Source: Tubiluchus corallicola (taxonomy: Eukaryota > Animalia > Priapulida). Taken from it: a DNA stretch of 64,000 bases. Made by a program: the position numbers and the translations under genes. Under the pieces are notes generated by a model that saw only the letters and a program-made list of their open reading frames with translations, made no database searches and was not told where the DNA came from. The DNA lies in assembly GCA_030141605.1 (NCBI GenBank), contig JAQGDQ010000152.1, forward strand, positions 62,001-126,000, given 5' to 3'. Positions 61,001-64,000 of this stretch are shown here, piece by piece (position 1 is the first letter of the stretch; each line of letters opens with the position of its first letter).

Positions 61001-64000
61001 TGCGTGCAAGAAAAACGATTTATTTATTCCCAACTGGCATTTAACTTAAAGCTATAGCAACGGAAACTTAATTAAAATTAAATTAAAATTTAATTAAGTA
61101 TTTATTAGCTGTTGGACTTGAAAAATGAAGTCAGATTGGACTGCCTTGACATCGTTTAAGAAATATAGCTAAAATCGCAGCGAAAACTACACACTGCTGA
61201 ACGAAGCTCGAGTGCTAACTGAGCCGTTTTGTTAACTAACAGTCTTTTGTGCAAAGACGCTAATGCTACTCAACGAGCTGCTTTGTTAACTGTTCCTGCC
61301 TGCCTCCTGAATAGATTACATGCAAACAAATTAACTACATCCTGACTTTCAGGTAAACACATACTCATGCTCATACTGTTCGCATTTATGGAGCGCTGGC
61401 CCGCTATTGCGTGTCAAAAAGTCGGAAATAAATTTGCTTACCGGTCTCATTACGAGCCGCTGACACCCTTCAAATTTTTGACATTTTCTAAGAAAATTGG
61501 GGGGGGGCCCGGGCCCCTATGGCACGACGCCACTGCTCATTTCTTGTAATTTGATTGTTACAATTTTTTGCAGACTGCTGACGATGCACGACTTCTAATG
61601 AAGCACTTTGATTCAGAACTAGGCAAGGCGTTGCCAGAAAGGGACTATGGTGGCAACTGCAAGGTGTATGATCCAGGACATCCGGATGGCCCATTCCACC
61701 ATTTTTGGGTAAATAGGGATGTTGATTTTTAACGTTAAGGGAAGTGCAACAGGTCACACTAAAAAAATGTTGCAAAACAAAAGTAATAGAAATTAGAAAA
61801 ATAAATTATATTATTAAAAAATGTTTACAGTTACTTGTGAAACTTTTAAGTCTAGCAGGTCTGTCCATTGTGAACACCCTGTACAAGTGATAGACTGTGC
61901 GTTTTCTAATTTTCTTGTAACAAGGCAAGTGGCGACAAGCGCTTGGAAACTTGTCTATCTTTAGCAGATTTGTGTATGTTTAGACAACATATATAAGTCT
62001 TAGCAAACTATTAGTCTTTATGAAGAACGTTGCCCAAATTGTGCAATCTTTGCACTGTTACAGATGTGCATGTGCATCAAATGCAAAATGTAAATCGAAT
62101 CTGTAGAAATTTATTTCTCGTCTTTTTTGTTGCGATTTGGGCAAGATGGCTTTCGGTAGCATCAGAGTTTACCAAATTCTGCATTTCTGTTTTATGCTAA
62201 CTTTATTTCTTTCTAGGACAAAATGGACTGTTTTGTTCCTACGCATTTCTTTGGATGGTGGCTAAAGGTGAGGGAACGCAAAAGATTTCACATGGTTTAA
62301 TGTGATTGTTTCTTTTATGCCAGGCAGTGTGATAGTAAAGCTGTGGCATGTTGTTTGCATATGACGTCAGGAAAATGGCAGAAAGTCTTTCCAGAATGTT
62401 CCTCACACGCCGGGTTTAGAATCCCTGGGTCTCCGTTCAACGTACATAGTAGATTCCTTAAACGAAGACAGGATGGTTTTACATATACTACCCCATTTTC
62501 AAGTCCGATAAAAAATATACATTTTAACATAATTAATACTGCAAAAGCATTTCCGATAATTTAATAATAGATAAAAAGTTAATTAATGGCGGGCGAGCCT
62601 AACTATTGATGACATCACAAACTAACATAATTTTCAACAGCAAAAATATTCCACGAGCGTGTTGCACGTGTTTGCAAAAGCGAAAATTGAAGTACAGTGT
62701 TACTGTAACATATTCAGTGTGTTGTACTAAAACTAGGCAAGTTCTAAGATAAGAATTCAATTTTAAAATTTACTACTGTGCTCACGCATAAGTTGTCGAA
62801 CATGTGTAGTTCGTGACAACCTCACCCAATTGAACTGAGAGGTAAAGCACCTATTTTTTGTACAATGCATTTCCGAAATGTAGGCGATAGTGCCCGTCTA
62901 ACTAGCGAATGGCGAAATGCTTGTAACAGCGAAGAACTAGTGGTGCGAATGTGAAATTGTGTTTGTGTGGTAATAATTCTTTCACGTAAGTCATCCTTGA
63001 AAAAATTGTACGTTTCTTTTGAATATTTTAAGTAGCAGATTGTTTTGACTTACAGTTCAAGATTGGGTCCGGTTTTGCTTTAAGATTGCTAATTAGTGGC
63101 AATAACTTGCTTAGTAAGCTTCTGTTTATTAAATCACTTGGTGGTAAGATGCAGCATGGTACTATGAATGCCCTGACCACCAATAGTTAAATTTTGCCCA
63201 AACTTTACTTTTTGTGAAAATAGGAGAGCTAATATCCATCATTTGTACATCAGTCAAGTGTAGTTATGAAGTAAACATAATAAGTTGTCCTGCAGTGGTT
63301 GTTCTAGCTTACAGCCTGAGAAATGAAATACGAGAGAAAAGTTATTAATCTATTATGTTAATTAATGCCAGTTCATTTAATAACTAATTCGCAGAGCTTA
63401 TTGCAGTTATAGTTTAATTAAAACAAGTCTTCTGATGCCTCTGTAAAAAAATTTTAACATATTAAATTATTAATGTAGTTTTGACTGTCAATATAAAGTT
63501 CAAATATTTTGCTTGTGTTTTTTTATTATGCTAATTTATCTAACATACATGCTGAATAGTGGTTAGGCTAATGTTTACAATTCCCCACACAAGAAATTAA
63601 TTCTTTAAGCGGATTAGGATTAAGATTAGGATTAGGGTTAGGCTTCAGGTTAGTGTTAGTGTTAGGGCTAGAGTTAGGGTTAGGTTATTTAAATTGTGTA
63701 GGGAATGTATACTCCTTCCAACGGTTATACCTTCATGATCTGCATAATATGCCATACAGTAAAAAAGTCACTGTGTTGTTTATTACAAAATCCTGTTGAT
63801 TTGGTGTGAAGAAATAGAAAACTCTATATTGTTCACTGCAGATAATACTAGTCTGTGTTATTACTGTTATCATATTTGAGTGAGATTTTTTTTTCATTGC
63901 AGACGCTAGTCTTGCGTGACTACTGGCTATGTATGGTTATTAGCATTATGTTTGAAGTGCTGGAGTATACTCTAGAGCATCAACTGCCAAACTTCAGCGA
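54874..64000 (+). CDS. PTDSS2: Phosphatidylserine synthase 2, 5' part (gene continues beyond the window)
   Basis: Exons 54874-55061, 57693-57791, 58338-58420, 59503-59570, 61574-61708, 62217-62267, 63903->64000; motifs [72 protein letters not shown]; DDGTxTFFWRAHT and ERDYGGNC are PSS2-type rather than PSS1-type. Confidence 0.96.
56809..57464 (+). mobile_element. hAT-like MITE of the 6270-6621 family
   Basis: Shared ctaatagg...gcacatttttcaaaa..gtgcctttt; right terminus gactacgtccctg. Confidence 0.55.
57693..57791 (+). CDS. PTDSS2: PTDSS2 exon ([13 protein letters not shown]...YNTKR)
   Basis: ttccag / gtgagt, 99 nt. Confidence 0.95.
58010..58300. repeat. Degenerate (GAT/GAC)n microsatellite in a PTDSS2 intron
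   Basis: Low-complexity trinucleotide tract. Confidence 0.9.
58338..58420 (+). CDS. PTDSS2: PTDSS2 exon ([27 protein letters not shown])
   Basis: tttttag / gtaggt, 83 nt. Confidence 0.95.
58659..58884 (+). mobile_element. Internally deleted Kolobok-like element
   Basis: ttaa|agcaaaactgcacgattg; first ~170 bp match 60303-60470, last ~35 bp match 60738-60771. Confidence 0.75.
59503..59570 (+). CDS. PTDSS2: PTDSS2 exon ([23 protein letters not shown])
   Basis: tttcag / gtaagt, 68 nt. Confidence 0.95.
59740..59801 (+). mobile_element. Degenerate 5S-rRNA-derived (SINE3-like) fragment
   Basis: AGTTAAGCAG..GACCTGGTGAGT..AGACGGATGACCACCTAGAA aligns without gaps to the 5S internal control region AG(C/T)TAAGCA..GGCCTGGTTAGT..GGATGGG(A/T)GACCGCCTGGGAA. 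Confidence 0.5.
60303..60771 (+). mobile_element. Full-length non-autonomous Kolobok-like DNA transposon (TTAA TSD)
   Basis: TTAA|aggaagaccggtcgattg ... ataatcatccggttttcct|TTAA. Confidence 0.8.
60894..61535. mobile_element. Young hAT-like MITE, 642 bp
   Basis: Perfect 14-bp TIR CAGTGGCGTCGTGC/GCACGACGCCACTG; perfect 8-bp TSD CTCATTTC (60886-60893, 61536-61543). Confidence 0.93.
61574..61708 (+). CDS. PTDSS2: PTDSS2 exon ([13 protein letters not shown]...PFHHFW)
   Basis: ttgcag / gtaaat, 135 nt. Confidence 0.95.
62217..62267 (+). CDS. PTDSS2: PTDSS2 exon ([17 protein letters not shown])
   Basis: ttctag / gtgagg, 51 nt. Confidence 0.95.
63578..63708. repeat. Degenerate (TTAGGG)n tract enclosed by short inverted repeats (Helitron/Helentron-like non-autonomous repeat)
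   Basis: ttaggattaagattaggattagggttagg...gttagggttagg between caattccccacacaa and ttgtgtagggaatgt. Confidence 0.55.
63903..64000 (+). CDS. PTDSS2: PTDSS2 exon, truncated by the window ([32 protein letters not shown])
   Basis: ttgcag acceptor ends at 63902. Confidence 0.95.

Overview
AT-rich, intron-rich animal (invertebrate-like) genomic DNA. It carries four conserved spliced genes, all with GT-AG introns: (1) the 3' half of AP-1 complex mu subunit AP1M1 (+, last 5 exons, stop at 3643); (2) a complete class-B Hsp40 of the DNAJB1/4/5 type (-, 7446-22551, with a 14-kb intron), plus a candidate upstream coding exon at 26444-26742 that splices in frame and sits just downstream of heat-shock-element-like motifs; (3) complete TECR (+, 10 coding exons, 35133-45240, 303 aa), head-to-head with the DNAJB gene across a CpG-rich, probably bidirectional promoter, the same arrangement as human DNAJB1-TECR; (4) the 5' part of PTDSS2 (+, from 54874 to the window end). 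Introns and intergenic DNA contain many non-autonomous DNA transposons (hAT-like with 8-bp TSD, pogo/Tc-like with TA TSD, Kolobok-like with TTAA TSD), non-LTR retrotransposon relics, minisatellites and a ~104-bp palindrome. I see no prokaryotic-type system or clearly novel protein family. The best leads are regulatory or isoform-level. All calls were made by eye, with no database searches.
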